A DNA stretch of 64,000 nt from Parcubacteria group bacterium (GCA_016188785.1 JACPHD010000020.1:3306-67305); one strand, 5' to 3'; positions 20,302 through 30,910 are shown, numbered from the stretch's first letter. Translations and numbers: made by a program. The notes: generated by a model from the letters alone, not told the origin.

Positions 20302-22230
20302 ATGTCAAAAATTTTAGGAATTGATTTGGGAACGACTAATTCGGCTATGGCGATTATTGAAGGCGGCCAGCCGAAAATTTTAGAAAACGCCGAAGGCAAT
20401 CGGACCACGCCTTCCATCGTGGCGATTTCTAAAAATGGCGAACGATTAGTCGGCTTAACCGCCAAAAGGCAAGCCGTGACTAATCCGGAAAATACGGTCT
20501 ACGCGGTTAAGCGCTTAATCGGCCGCAGTTTTGAATCTGATGAAGTCCAGCGCGATATTAAAATTTCGCCTTATAAAATAGTTAAGGCTAACGGCGGCGT
20601 GAAAATAAAAATGTCGGACAAAGAATACACGCCGCAGGAAGTTTCGGCCATGATTTTAGCTAAATTAAAAGCCGACGCCGAAGCTAAATTAGGCGAGAAA
20701 ATTACCGAAGCCATTATCACCGTGCCGGCTTATTTTGACGATTCGCAAAGACAGGCGACTAAAGACGCCGGACGCATCGCCGGGCTTGACGTTAAACGGA
20801 TTATTAACGAACCCACGGCCGCGGCTTTAGCTTATGGCTTTGAAAAAAAGAAAGGCGAGCAGATTGCGGTCTATGATTTAGGCGGCGGCACTTTTGATAT
20901 TTCCATCTTAGACGTAAGCGCCGATACGGTTGAAGTTAAGTCCACTAACGGCGATACTCATTTAGGCGGCGAAGATTTTGACCAGAGAATTATAAACTGG
21001 ATAATCGGCGAGTTTAAAAAAGACCAGGGCCTGGATTTATCTAAAGACACGCTGTCTTTGCAAAGAATAAAAGAAGCCGCGGAAAAAGCCAAAATTGAAT
21101 TGTCAACCACTATGGAAACGGAAATTAACCAGCCGTTTATAACCACTGACGCTAACGGGCCGAAGCATTTAGTCATGAAAATATCGCGGGCCAAACTTGA
21201 GGAATTAGTCGGGGATTTAGTGGAGAAAACCATCGCGCCCTGCCAGTCGGCTTTAAAAGATGCCGGTTTTACGGTTAACGATATTCAGGAAGTAATTTTA
21301 GTCGGCGGCATGACCCGTATGCCCTTAGTACAGAAAAAAGTTAAAGAGTTTTTTAATAAAGAGCCGAATTTATCAGTTAATCCGGATGAAGTTGTGGCCG
21401 TGGGCGCGGCCGTGCAGGCCGGAGTCTTAGCTGGCGACGTTAAAGATGTTTTACTTTTAGACGTTACGCCCTTAACTTTAGGCATTGAAACTTTAGGCGG
21501 CGTGGCTACGCCCTTGATTGATCGCAATACTACTATACCAACCTCAAAATCGCAAACCTTTTCCACGGCGGCCGATGGCCAGACTAGCGTGGAAATTCAT
21601 GTCTTGCAAGGCGAGCGCCCGATGGCGGCTGACAATAAAACTCTGGGCCGGTTTATTTTAGACGGCATTCCCTCGGCGCCGCGCGGCGTGCCGCAGGTTG
21701 AAGTAAGTTTTGACATAGATGCTAACGGCATTCTTAATGTTAAGGCTAAAGATAAAGCTACTAGTAAAGAGCAAAAAATTACCATTACCGCTTCTTCCGG
21801 TCTGTCTAAAGAAGAAGTGGAAAAAATGAAAAAAGAAGCCGAACTGCACGCCGAGGAAGACAAGAAAAAAAGAGAGCAGGTAGAAATAAAGAATCAGGCC
21901 GAAGCGGTTATTTTTCAGACGGAAAAATTAATTAAAGACGCGGGCGATAAAATAAAACCAGAAGATATAAAAGAACTGCAGGATAAAATTGAAGATTTAA
22001 AAAAAGTTAAAGATAGCGATCAGGCTGATGATATAAAAAAGAAATTAGAAGAATTAAATATGGCGGCGCAAAAAATCGGCGCGGCCATGTATCAGGCCGC
22101 CTCCGCTGACGCTTCGGCGAGCCAAGCAGGACAGACTGGTTCGACTGACGGTGGAGCGCAACCTGGTGATGGTAAAAGCGATGATAAAGACAAAGGTCCG
22201 ATTGAAGGGGAATTTACGGAAAAAAAGTAG
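20302..22230 (+). CDS. dnaK: Chaperone DnaK
   Basis: [30 protein letters not shown]. Confidence 0.99.
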   Translation: MSKILGIDLGTTNSAMAIIEGGQPKILENAEGNRTTPSIVAISKNGERLVGLTAKRQAVTNPENTVYAVKRLIGRSFESDEVQRDIKISPYKIVKANGGVKIKMSDKEYTPQEVSAMILAKLKADAEAKLGEKITEAIITVPAYFDDSQRQATKDAGRIAGLDVKRIINEPTAAALAYGFEKKKGEQIAVYDLGGGTFDISILDVSADTVEVKSTNGDTHLGGEDFDQRIINWIIGEFKKDQGLDLSKDTLSLQRIKEAAEKAKIELSTTMETEINQPFITTDANGPKHLVMKISRAKLEELVGDLVEKTIAPCQSALKDAGFTVNDIQEVILVGGMTRMPLVQKKVKEFFNKEPNLSVNPDEVVAVGAAVQAGVLAGDVKDVLLLDVTPLTLGIETLGGVATPLIDRNTTIPTSKSQTFSTAADGQTSVEIHVLQGERPMAADNKTLGRFILDGIPSAPRGVPQVEVSFDIDANGILNVKAKDKATSKEQKITITASSGLSKEEVEKMKKEAELHAEEDKKKREQVEIKNQAEAVIFQTEKLIKDAGDKIKPEDIKELQDKIEDLKKVKDSDQADDIKKKLEELNMAAQKIGAAMYQAASADASASQAGQTGSTDGGAQPGDGKSDDKDKGPIEGEFTEKK

Positions 22231-22232
22231 AT

Positions 22233-22651
22233 TCAATTTACAATTACAAATTAACAATTACGAATGAAAGATAATATAATAAAGACAAAAAGCTATAATT
22301 TTGCCATAAGAATTGTTAATTTATATAAATATTTGACTGTAAATAAAAGAGAATATATATTATCAAAACAAATTTTAAGAAGCGGTACTTCAATCGGCGC
22401 TAATGTGGAAGAGGCGATAGGCGGACAATCAGAAAAAGATTTTGTTTCAAAATTATCAATGGCGTATAAAGAAGCTAGGGAAACCAGATATTGGATAAAT
22501 CTATTAGTTGATACTTATATTTTAGAAAAAAATTTGTCTCTTTCTCTTTTAAATGATTGTGAAGAAATATGCAAAATAATTGGCAGAATACAAAAAACTA
22601 CTAAAGATAAAATTCGTAATTCGTAATTCGTAATTGATAATTGTTAATTGA
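22233..22651. mobile_element. Four-helix-bundle gene cassette flanked by inverted heptamer arrays
   Basis: Left TCAATTTACAATTACAAATTAACAATTACGAAT; right (AATTCGT)n...AATTGTTAATTGA is its approximate reverse complement; splits dnaK from dnaJ. Confidence 0.7.
22264..22626 (+). CDS. Four helix bundle protein (23S rRNA IVS protein / TIGR02436-like)
   Basis: KQILRSGTSIGANVEEA, DFVSKL...KEARETRYW. Confidence 0.93.
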   Translation: MKDNIIKTKSYNFAIRIVNLYKYLTVNKREYILSKQILRSGTSIGANVEEAIGGQSEKDFVSKLSMAYKEARETRYWINLLVDTYILEKNLSLSLLNDCEEICKIIGRIQKTTKDKIRNS

Positions 22652-22652
22652 C

Positions 22653-23759
22653 ATGTCTAAAGACTATTACAATATACTCGGCGTGGACAAGAACGCTTCA
22701 CCGGACGAAATTAAAAAAGCTTTTCGTAAGCTGGCGCATGAGCATCATCCGGATAAAAAGAGCGGCGATGAAGCTAAATTCAAGGAGCTTAATCAAGCTT
22801 ATCAGATTTTAAGCGATCCTAAAAAACGAGCCCAATACGATCAATTCGGCTCGGATTTCGGAGAAGCTCGAGCCGGTGGTGGCCAGGGTTTTTCCGGTTT
22901 TAGTGATTTTACCGGCGGGTTTAACATCAATATGGATGATCTGGGCGATATTTTCGGCGGGCTGGGCGATGTCTTTAATTTTTCCGGTCAGGGCGGTTCT
23001 CGCGGCCGGCGGTCCAGGCGCGGCAATGATATTCAGGCGCTTTTGGCCATTGATTTTAATGAAGCGGTTTTTGGCGCGGAAAAGGAAATCAGTTTAAAAA
23101 AAACCGTGAAATGCTCCAGGTGCCAGGGCGAAGGGCGAGAACCGGGCACAGAGGTTATTACTTGTAAAACCTGCGGCGGCCAAGGGCGCGTCACTAGAGT
23201 TCAGCGGACAATTTTAGGCAATATGCAAGTGCAAATGACCTGCGAGGCTTGCCATGGCGAGGGTAAAATATTTAAAGAAAAATGTTCAGCTTGCCGCGGC
23301 GCCGGCTTGGCCCAGCAAATCGTTAATTTAAAAATTAAAATTCCGGCCGGCATTGATAATAATGAAACCATAAGATTATCCGGCCAGGGCGAAGCCGCGC
23401 CCAAAGGCGCTTCGGCCGGCGATCTGTATTTAAAAATAAGAGTTAATGCTGACCGCCGTTTTGAGCGCGACGGCGTTAATATAAAATCTTGGGCGGAAAT
23501 CAGCTTTTCCCAGGCCGCTTTAGGCGATAAAATTGAAGTAGTGACGGTTGACGGGCCGGTTGATTTAAAAATTCCCGAAGGCACGCAGTCGGGCAAAATT
23601 TTTATTTTGCGCGGCAAGGGCGTGCCTTATTTAAACGGCCGCGGCGCTTTCGGCAGGACTCAAGCTAAGCGCGGCGATCATTTGGTTGAGGTGATTGTTA
23701 AAACGCCGGCCGGATTGTCAAAGAAGCAGAAAGAATTATTGAAAGAGTCTGGCCTATGA
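22653..23759 (+). CDS. dnaJ: Chaperone DnaJ
   Basis: KDYY, HPD, G/F region, four CxxCxGxG motifs. Confidence 0.98.
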   Translation: MSKDYYNILGVDKNASPDEIKKAFRKLAHEHHPDKKSGDEAKFKELNQAYQILSDPKKRAQYDQFGSDFGEARAGGGQGFSGFSDFTGGFNINMDDLGDIFGGLGDVFNFSGQGGSRGRRSRRGNDIQALLAIDFNEAVFGAEKEISLKKTVKCSRCQGEGREPGTEVITCKTCGGQGRVTRVQRTILGNMQVQMTCEACHGEGKIFKEKCSACRGAGLAQQIVNLKIKIPAGIDNNETIRLSGQGEAAPKGASAGDLYLKIRVNADRRFERDGVNIKSWAEISFSQAALGDKIEVVTVDGPVDLKIPEGTQSGKIFILRGKGVPYLNGRGAFGRTQAKRGDHLVEVIVKTPAGLSKKQKELLKESGL

Positions 23760-25195
23760 AAACTTACCATATAATCACCATCGGCTGCCAGATGAATAAG
23801 TCTGACAGCGAAAGACTGGCCGGCCGGCTGGAACAAAATGGCTATAAAAAGACTGATAATAAGTATCAAGCCGATTTAATTGTGGTTAATACTTGCGGCG
23901 TGCGCCAATCGGCCGAGGATAGAATTTACGGTTTGATTCCCGGGATTAAAAAAGCCAATCAAAAAGCCAAGATAGTTTTAACCGGCTGTCTGGCGGCTAG
24001 GCAAGATGTAAAAAATAGATTGAAAGATTATGTTGATGAGTGGCTGCCAATCAGTGAAATTTTCAATTTTCAATTTTCAATTTTCAAACAAACTCTAATT
24101 TTCAATTTTCAAGCAAATGCGAAATGCAAAAACGACTATTTAAAAATCATTCCTAAATACGAATCTGAATTTTCCGCTTTTGTGCCCATCGGCAATGGTT
24201 GTAATAATTTTTGTTCCTATTGCGTCGTGCCCTACGCGCGCGGCCGGGAAGTTTATCGGCCGGTTGAAGATATATTGGCTGAAGTAAAAGAGCTGGTTAA
24301 AAAAAATTATAAAGAAATTATTTTGATCGCGCAAAATGTCAATTCATATAAATCCCAAATTCCAAATCCCAATAACCAAACAAATTCCAAATCCCAAATT
24401 AAAAATTCAAAAAATAAAATAATAGATTTTTCAGACTTGCTTAAGATGGTCAACGGCATTCAGGGTGATTTTTGGCTTAGGTTTATGACTAGCCATCCTA
24501 AAGATATGTCGGATAAGTTGATTGAAACTATGGTTGACTGCGAAAAAGTCTGCCATCAGGTTCATTTGCCGGCGCAGGCCGGCGATGATGAGGTGCTTGC
24601 TAGCATGAATAGAAAGTATAAAATAGCCGATTATGTTGAATTGGTTGGGAAGATAAGAAGTATTTTAAATGACCAAATCCCAATAACCAATAACCAAACA
24701 AATTCTAAATTCCAAGTCCCAAATTCCAAACAAAGTTTGTGGAAACAACCAGTTTCAATTACTACTGATCTTATAGTCGGCTTTCCGACTGAAACTAAAA
24801 GGCGGTTTGCTAATACAGCCAAACTGATGCGGCAAATAAAATTTGATATGGCTTATATCGCTAAATACAGCGCGCGGCCGGAAACCGCGGCCGCGAAAAT
24901 GCAAGATAATGTGTCTACGGTTGAAAAGAAAAGGCGCGAGCAAATCTTAATGAAAATTTTAAGAAAAACAGCGCTGGAAAATAATAAAAAATATCTGGGC
25001 AAAATTATGAAGGTGCTGGTGGAAGGGGAAAGTAAAAGCGAAGAGTGGGCAGGGCGGACGGCAACCAATAAAAATGTCAAATTTCCATCCGCCAGCTGGC
25101 GGACAAATGACAAAAATAATTTAATAGGGAAGTTTGTAAATGTTAAAATTATTAAGGCGCAAGATTTTGGCCTGGCCGGGGAGTTAATCAGTTAA
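23756..25195 (+). CDS. miaB: tRNA-2-methylthio-N6-dimethylallyladenosine synthase, with several in-frame repeat insertions
   Basis: GCQMN..DSE, NTC, GCNNFCSYC, TSHP, IVGFP; adjacent to miaA. Confidence 0.93.
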   Translation: MKTYHIITIGCQMNKSDSERLAGRLEQNGYKKTDNKYQADLIVVNTCGVRQSAEDRIYGLIPGIKKANQKAKIVLTGCLAARQDVKNRLKDYVDEWLPISEIFNFQFSIFKQTLIFNFQANAKCKNDYLKIIPKYESEFSAFVPIGNGCNNFCSYCVVPYARGREVYRPVEDILAEVKELVKKNYKEIILIAQNVNSYKSQIPNPNNQTNSKSQIKNSKNKIIDFSDLLKMVNGIQGDFWLRFMTSHPKDMSDKLIETMVDCEKVCHQVHLPAQAGDDEVLASMNRKYKIADYVELVGKIRSILNDQIPITNNQTNSKFQVPNSKQSLWKQPVSITTDLIVGFPTETKRRFANTAKLMRQIKFDMAYIAKYSARPETAAAKMQDNVSTVEKKRREQILMKILRKTALENNKKYLGKIMKVLVEGESKSEEWAGRTATNKNVKFPSASWRTNDKNNLIGKFVNVKIIKAQDFGLAGELIS

Positions 25196-25201
25196 TAATT
25201 T

Positions 25202-26176
25202 ATGCAGAATAATAAAAAAATTATTGTGATACTTGGTCCGACGGCCAGCGGCAAAACTAAGTTGGCGGTTGACTTAGCCCTGAAATTTAATGGCGAGATT
25301 GTAAGCGCCGATTCCAGGCAGGTATATAAGGGGATGGATGTTGGCACCGGTAAAGACCTTAAAGACTATCGTCTTAAATTTCCAATTTCCAATTTCCAAT
25401 TTCCAATTAAATTCAAAATTCAAAATTCAAAATTTATTGAAATTCCTTATCACTTAATTGATGTAGTAAATCCAAAGACGCAATTTGACTTAGCCAAGTA
25501 TCAGAAAATGGCTTTTTCGGCCATTGACGATATTTTAAAACGCGGTAAATTGCCAATTTTAGCCGGCGGTTCAGGGCTTTATTTACAAGCTGTGGTAGAT
25601 AATTATAAATTGTCTGATATAAAAAGTGATTTAATTTTAAGAAAAAAACTAGAGAAGTATAATGCTCAAGAATTGTTTGAAAAATTAGAAAAGCTGGCGC
25701 CGAAGCTGGCGGCTAAACTTAATCAAAGCGATAAAAATAATAAGCGCCGGCTAGTCAGATATTTAGAAATTTTAGCGCAAGACAAAAATTTTAAAAGCCG
25801 TCGCGGTCAAAGAAAATATCAGGCCTTGCTGGTCGGCCTTAAATTCGGCAAAGATATTTTAAAGCAGAGAATTTTTAAAAGATTATTAGCAAGAGTTAAA
25901 GAGCAAAATATGCTCGGCGAAGTGGAAAATTTGCGTAACCAGGGCTTAAGCTGGAAAAGGCTGGAAGATTTCGGTCTGGAATATAAATTTATTGCCTGGT
26001 ATTTGCGGGGCAAATTGCCATACGACCAGATGATAGAAAAATTAAACGCGGCTATTTATCAGTTTGCTAAACGTCAGCTTGCCTGGTTTAAGCGCTGGGA
26101 AAAGCAGGGCGCGAACATAAATTGGCTGAAAGACAGTAAAAAAATTGAAAAGTTGGTTAGAGAATTTTTAAAATAA
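25202..26176 (+). CDS. miaA: tRNA dimethylallyltransferase
   Basis: GPTASGKT, SADSRQVY, GGSGLY, AKRQ..WF. Confidence 0.95.
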   Translation: MQNNKKIIVILGPTASGKTKLAVDLALKFNGEIVSADSRQVYKGMDVGTGKDLKDYRLKFPISNFQFPIKFKIQNSKFIEIPYHLIDVVNPKTQFDLAKYQKMAFSAIDDILKRGKLPILAGGSGLYLQAVVDNYKLSDIKSDLILRKKLEKYNAQELFEKLEKLAPKLAAKLNQSDKNNKRRLVRYLEILAQDKNFKSRRGQRKYQALLVGLKFGKDILKQRIFKRLLARVKEQNMLGEVENLRNQGLSWKRLEDFGLEYKFIAWYLRGKLPYDQMIEKLNAAIYQFAKRQLAWFKRWEKQGANINWLKDSKKIEKLVREFLK

Positions 26177-26181
26177 AAAGT

Positions 26182-26203
26182 GGGGTTGCGTGAAAGCAAC
26201 CCC
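26182..26203 (-). terminator. Intrinsic terminator between convergent genes
   Basis: GGGGTTGC/GCAACCCC stem; T-run on the minus strand. Confidence 0.6.
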
Positions 26204-26230
26204 GGTGATTGGTTTTTGCGCCGCCTTTAT

Positions 26231-26605
26231 TTAGGCGGTAGTTTGTATTGGCTGATCCAGCGCGTTTTTTCTTATGCTAGTTTTAATCATCGCTATGATA
26301 TTAGCGATTTCCTCGGACTTTAAATTACGGTCGCATATCTTCCCCCTGATCTTGGGGAAGTATATTGCTATGACGCACTGGTTTTCTACTACGCATTTGA
26401 TATGAATTATAGCTCTAAGCCAAAGAGGCAGGTCGCATTTACATAAGCGGTCATCATAGCCGTAGGCAACCATAATCGGACATGGTAATTTTTCAATCTG
26501 CCGAAATTTAGCAGCCTCCGGACAATCTTTTTCCTCTTCTTCTCCCTTCTCCCGGCAAAATGCTCCGCCAAGGTGACAGATATTTTCATAAAAAGAGCAG
26601 CGCAT
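26231..26605 (-). CDS. Cys-rich hypothetical protein
   Basis: 124 aa with 10 Cys; strong SD AAGGAGG. Confidence 0.65.
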   Translation of the reverse strand: MRCSFYENICHLGGAFCREKGEEEEKDCPEAAKFRQIEKLPCPIMVAYGYDDRLCKCDLPLWLRAIIHIKCVVENQCVIAIYFPKIRGKICDRNLKSEEIANIIAMIKTSIRKNALDQPIQTTA

Positions 26606-26692
26606 GATTATTTCCTCCTTTTCTTTTAAAGATCGTTGTCTTTTGTTCCGCCTAATGCCATATTCGGCGGCAATTCCTAAAATTACTCCCTA

Positions 26693-26731
26693 AAAAATTC
26701 CCCCCACCAAAATTTGGTGGGGGGAATTTTT
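26693..26731. terminator. Bidirectional intrinsic terminator
   Basis: AAAAATTCCCCCCACC/GGTGGGGGGAATTTTT. Confidence 0.7.
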
Positions 26732-26740
26732 AAATGATTT

Positions 26741-27136
26741 TTAATTTAAATCAGGCCTTTTAGTTTTCTCCATCAGTTCTTTCATAATTTCTTCAACGAT
26801 TATCTCGCGCCGATCGTTTTCTTCATGTTCGGCATTCCAAATTAATTTTTCTTTGATTCGCGCGGACTCTGCCGGATCATTTTTTAAGCCGTCAAACAAC
26901 CGATCAGCTTGTTCGGCGGTTAAATTGCCGCGCCTCGCTTCAAGCTGGAGCTGAGCACGGATCAATTTTAAAGTGTTCTCCAGCAAGGTTTTGCCTTTAT
27001 GTTTTTCGGCTTGCTCTAATAAAGCCGCTTCTTCGGGGTTGTTGACTTTCAAATTTATTCTTTGAGACTCTGGTGTGAGTTTTTTTGAAAATTTTTCGTT
27101 AATTTCCTCTGACGATTTATATATTTCTACGCCCAT
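26741..27136 (-). CDS. Hypothetical charged helical protein
   Basis: 131-aa ORF followed by a terminator; no motif recognised. Confidence 0.6.
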   Translation of the reverse strand: MGVEIYKSSEEINEKFSKKLTPESQRINLKVNNPEEAALLEQAEKHKGKTLLENTLKLIRAQLQLEARRGNLTAEQADRLFDGLKNDPAESARIKEKLIWNAEHEENDRREIIVEEIMKELMEKTKRPDLN

Positions 27137-27187
27137 AATTTATGATTAAATATTTATAATAAAATTATATCATGGTTATTTTTTTTG

Positions 27188-28696
27188 TCAATTTTTTAAG
27201 GTATTTTTTAATATTTCCAGCAATAATTTTGGATTAGCTTTGCCTTTGGTGGCTGACATAATTTGCCCGACCAGGAACTGCAAAACATTGGCTTTGCCGG
27301 CTTTATACTCGTCAACTTGTTTTTGGTTTTTAAATACGACTTCAGCGATAATTTTTTCTAAAGCCGCCCGGTCATCAAGCTGTTCCAGTCCTAAATCAGC
27401 CATGATAGCGGTCGGATCGCCGCCTTGCTTAAACATTTTTTCCAAAATAGTCTGGGCGGCCGAGGAGTTTATTTTTTCCTGGTAAATCAGGCAGATAAGT
27501 TCGGCAAAATTTTCCGGAGTTATTTTTAGCTCGGCAATATTAAGTCCGTTGATTTTCAGATGCTTAAATAATTCATTGATTAGCCAATTAGCCGTGGCTT
27601 TGGCTAATTTGTGTTTTTGCCTTTGCCAGTCGTCGCCGGTTGCTTCAATCCAGGCGCGCAATTCGGAAATTACTTTTTCCGTGTAATCGGCCAAAGCCTT
27701 ATCGTCGGTTAAAATTTCCGCTTCCGCAGCGCTAAACAAATATTCGTCTTTAAAGCGCTTGATTTTTTGCGCCGGCAATTCGGCCAGCTGGCATTTTATT
27801 TCATCCAGCCAAGTTTGAGTAATTTTAAGCGGCGGAATATCCGGCTCGGGAAAATAGCGGTAATCAGCCGAGGTTTCTTTTATTCTCTGGCTAAAAGTTA
27901 GGCCTTGGTCATTATTCCAGCCGCGTGTTTCCTGTATCAGCTTCTCGCCTAGAGCTAAAGCCTTAAGCTGGCGCTTAATTTCATAGTCAACGGCTTTTTC
28001 CATATATCTAAAAGAATTAATGTTTTTTAATTCCACTTTAGGGTTTAGTTTGTAATCTCCTAAAGGTAAAATCTGGCCGTTGGCATATTGCCATCTGCCT
28101 GGCTCCTGCAGGCTGATATTGGCTTCGCAGCGCATTTCGCCTTTTTCCATGTCCGCGTTGGAAATATCTAAAAATCTTAAAATCTGCTGGTAGTTTTGAG
28201 CGAATTTTTTGGCCGTAGCCGCGTCCTTAATCACCGGCTCGGTTACCAGTTCAATCAGTGGCGTGCCGGCGCGGTTATAATCAACCAAAGAATATTTTTT
28301 TCCGGCCGGATGAATTAACTTGCCCGTGTCTTCTTCTAAATGGATTCTGGTGATTAAAACCGGCTTATCGTCAATTTCCAAAAAACCGTCATAAGCGATG
28401 GGCAAGTCATATTGGGATATCTGATAGCCTTTGGGCAGGTCAGGATAAAAATAATTTTTTCTATCAAACTTGGACAGTTCGTTAATTTTGCAATTTAAAG
28501 CCAGGCCGATTAAAATCGTCCATTCTATGGCTTGCTTATTAGGCAAGGGCAGGGTGCCGGGGTGCGCCAGACAGATCGGACAGACCATAGTATTCGGCTC
28601 TTTACCCTGCGCGTCGTTATTACAGCGGCAGAACATTTTTGATTTGGTTTTCAGTTCGGCATGGATTTCCAGGCCGATGATTGTGTCGTAATTCAT
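27188..28696 (-). CDS. gatB: Asp/Glu-tRNA amidotransferase subunit B
   Basis: IGLEIH, RKNYFYPDLPKGYQISQ, HLEED, YRYFPEPD. Confidence 0.98.
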   Translation of the reverse strand: MNYDTIIGLEIHAELKTKSKMFCRCNNDAQGKEPNTMVCPICLAHPGTLPLPNKQAIEWTILIGLALNCKINELSKFDRKNYFYPDLPKGYQISQYDLPIAYDGFLEIDDKPVLITRIHLEEDTGKLIHPAGKKYSLVDYNRAGTPLIELVTEPVIKDAATAKKFAQNYQQILRFLDISNADMEKGEMRCEANISLQEPGRWQYANGQILPLGDYKLNPKVELKNINSFRYMEKAVDYEIKRQLKALALGEKLIQETRGWNNDQGLTFSQRIKETSADYRYFPEPDIPPLKITQTWLDEIKCQLAELPAQKIKRFKDEYLFSAAEAEILTDDKALADYTEKVISELRAWIEATGDDWQRQKHKLAKATANWLINELFKHLKINGLNIAELKITPENFAELICLIYQEKINSSAAQTILEKMFKQGGDPTAIMADLGLEQLDDRAALEKIIAEVVFKNQKQVDEYKAGKANVLQFLVGQIMSATKGKANPKLLLEILKNTLKN

Positions 28697-28709
28697 AATT
28701 GTTGTCCGG

Positions 28710-29393
28710 TTAAAGTTTTAGCAGTTTATTTATTTCCCTCCAGACTAAATCGCCAATCTGCTCGCGGCTTAAGATTTTTCCGTTTTTAGCGCCTTCAATT
28801 AAGACCGTGTCAGGAAAATTTTTAGCGATTTCTAGATAAGTTTGTTCGGCTTTTTTAAGATGCTCTAAGCTATTGTGATGAATGTCGTTAGTTTTTCCGC
28901 GCCAATCTATTTTTTTTCTTTGCTCGGCTAAAGTTTGGGAAATTTTCGCGCCTAGATGCAGAATAATATTTAAGTCAGGCCTGGGGATGTTAAAAATTTC
29001 ATATTCTAAATGATAGAGCCAGGCAAAAAATTTTTTTCGTTCCAGCGGGTCGTTGATTTTTCCGCCTTGATGGCCCAGATTAGCCGTAACGTAACGGTTA
29101 GAAATAACTATTTTGCCTTGCGAGAGCCAGTTTTTTATTTTAAAACTGGCGTCATAGCGGTCGGCCGCGTAAAAAATTGAAGCCCGATACGGTCCGACTT
29201 GTTCGGGCGAGCCATATTTGCCTTCTAAATAATTTTCCACCAGTCCGGCCGATTTAGTATTGTATTGGGGAAAGTCGGCTAACTCCACGGCCAGACCGGC
29301 TTGTTTTAGTCTTTGAGCTAAAATTTCCGTTTGTGTGGCCTTGCCCGAGCCGTCAACGCCGTCAATCACGATTAGTTTTCCTGGATGATTCAT
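28710..29393 (-). CDS. tmk: Thymidylate kinase
   Basis: DGVDGSGKATQ, YAADR, NRY, PDL. Confidence 0.9.
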   Translation of the reverse strand: MNHPGKLIVIDGVDGSGKATQTEILAQRLKQAGLAVELADFPQYNTKSAGLVENYLEGKYGSPEQVGPYRASIFYAADRYDASFKIKNWLSQGKIVISNRYVTANLGHQGGKINDPLERKKFFAWLYHLEYEIFNIPRPDLNIILHLGAKISQTLAEQRKKIDWRGKTNDIHHNSLEHLKKAEQTYLEIAKNFPDTVLIEGAKNGKILSREQIGDLVWREINKLLKL

Positions 29394-29932
29394 AATATTT
29401 GGTCAATCTGCTTATGTAAATTAGCCAAATCGCCCTGGTTAATAATAGTGAAATTAGCCATAGCAATCGGACCGCCCTGGTGTAAGTTTTCAATTTGCGC
29501 GTAATCGCGGCTTATCGCTTGCCTGGAAGTAAGCGGCCGGTAATTTCTGCTCTCCAGCCTTTGATATCTTGCTCGCGGCGAAGCGTAAACGGCAATGGTA
29601 AAAAGATTATTTTTAAATTTATTTTTTAAGTATTTATATTCATCCCAGCCGTAAAGACTTTCCAAAAGTATTATTTTTTTATTTTTTAATTTATTAATTT
29701 TTTTATAAACCTGCCTGGCATAATAATCCAGGCCGTATTTTTTTCTGATTGCCTCTCTAACCAACCTTTCATTTTTTTCGTTAATCGGCAGTTTTCTTTT
29801 TTTTATTTCGTCAAACGTAACCTCGCCGAAATAAACTTTTGGCCAGTTGAATTTTTTTATTAAATATTCTATAACCTCGGTTTTACCCGAGCCGGGCAAA
29901 CCCAGAATAGCGATAATTTTTTTATTTTTCAT
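29390..29932 (-). CDS. P-loop nucleotide kinase (UPF0200 / dephospho-CoA-kinase-like)
   Basis: GLPGSGKT, VYASPRARYQRL, ANFTIIN. Confidence 0.7.
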   Translation of the reverse strand: MKNKKIIAILGLPGSGKTEVIEYLIKKFNWPKVYFGEVTFDEIKKRKLPINEKNERLVREAIRKKYGLDYYARQVYKKINKLKNKKIILLESLYGWDEYKYLKNKFKNNLFTIAVYASPRARYQRLESRNYRPLTSRQAISRDYAQIENLHQGGPIAMANFTIINQGDLANLHKQIDQIL

Positions 29933-30428
29933 GTTTTTCTTTTAAAGCCTGCTCAATTATTTTTAGGCTGTTTTTATTGCCCAGGGAATTATAAAATTTT
30001 ATTTTGCCAAGCTTTTTTATATCAATCCATTCAGCCAGATCCGCGTATTTTCTTTCATATCCGTCAAGATTGGCTTTTGATAGTTCACCGCTGATTTTTT
30101 TAACTAAAAAATAAAACAACTGGCAGTTCCAGCATTTTTTTCTGAAGATTGCGTTAAAAAAAGAGCTGCCCACATAAATAATTTTTACTGACTTAACCTT
30201 AAAGCCGGTTTCTTCCCAAAATTCTCTTTTTAAAGTTTGTTCAATAGTTTCATGAAGTTCGGCGCCGCCGCCGGGAAAATCATAGCCGTCCCATTGTTTT
30301 GACAGCAAGACTTTATTTTTTTCTATTAAAATACCGTAAATTGACGGGCGGAAAGTTAATTTATTAGCTTCTACTTTATACAGCTTGCCGTCTCTATCAT
30401 GGCAAACAACGGTTTTATTTATAGCCAT
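29922..30428 (-). CDS. Nudix hydrolase
   Basis: PGGGAELHETIEQTLKREFWEETG. Confidence 0.9.
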   Translation of the reverse strand: MAINKTVVCHDRDGKLYKVEANKLTFRPSIYGILIEKNKVLLSKQWDGYDFPGGGAELHETIEQTLKREFWEETGFKVKSVKIIYVGSSFFNAIFRKKCWNCQLFYFLVKKISGELSKANLDGYERKYADLAEWIDIKKLGKIKFYNSLGNKNSLKIIEQALKEKHEK

Positions 30429-30430
30429 AT

Positions 30431-30910
30431 TTATTTAGTTAATTCTACAAAACTATATTTATAGCCGCTGGATTCTTTGGCTTCGGCTTTTATAATATTC
30501 TTAAACTCCGCGTATTCAGGAAAAAAAGTATCAGCCTGCGCCGGCTCATCATCAACAATGGTTAAATATAATTTATCAGCCAAAGGCAAAGCTTGCGCGT
30601 AAATTTGTCCGCCGCCGATAAAAAAAATCTCGCCTTTATTTTGCGCTTTAGCTAACTCAATTGCTCGTTCTAATGAATGCGCGATCAAGCAATTTTCAGC
30701 TTTAAAATTATTATTTTTAGTTAAAATTATATTTACCCGATTGGGCAGGGGACGGCTGTTCATAGAGCGAAAAGTATTCTCGCCCATGATAACCGTATGT
30801 CCGCTAGTGATAGCCTGAAAATGTTTCATGTCTTCCGGAATATCATAAAGCAGTTTATTATTAAAACCGATAGCGCGGTTTTTGGCGATAATGGCAATCA
30901 GGGAAATCAT
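30431..30910 (-). CDS. folA: Dihydrofolate reductase
   Basis: AIG..N.L, PEDMKHF, MGENT, RPLPNR, IGGGQIY, DTFFP. Confidence 0.95.
   Translation of the reverse strand: MISLIAIIAKNRAIGFNNKLLYDIPEDMKHFQAITSGHTVIMGENTFRSMNSRPLPNRVNIILTKNNNFKAENCLIAHSLERAIELAKAQNKGEIFFIGGGQIYAQALPLADKLYLTIVDDEPAQADTFFPEYAEFKNIIKAEAKESSGYKYSFVELTK

Noticed and set aside
22264..22626. DGR Avd gene or 23S rRNA intervening sequence
   Set aside because: No reverse transcriptase, TR/VR pair or rRNA sequence is seen in the window.
24058..24111. Phase-variable simple sequence repeat in miaB
   Set aside because: The heptamer units are degenerate and match the dispersed family E arms; slippage cannot be shown without reads.
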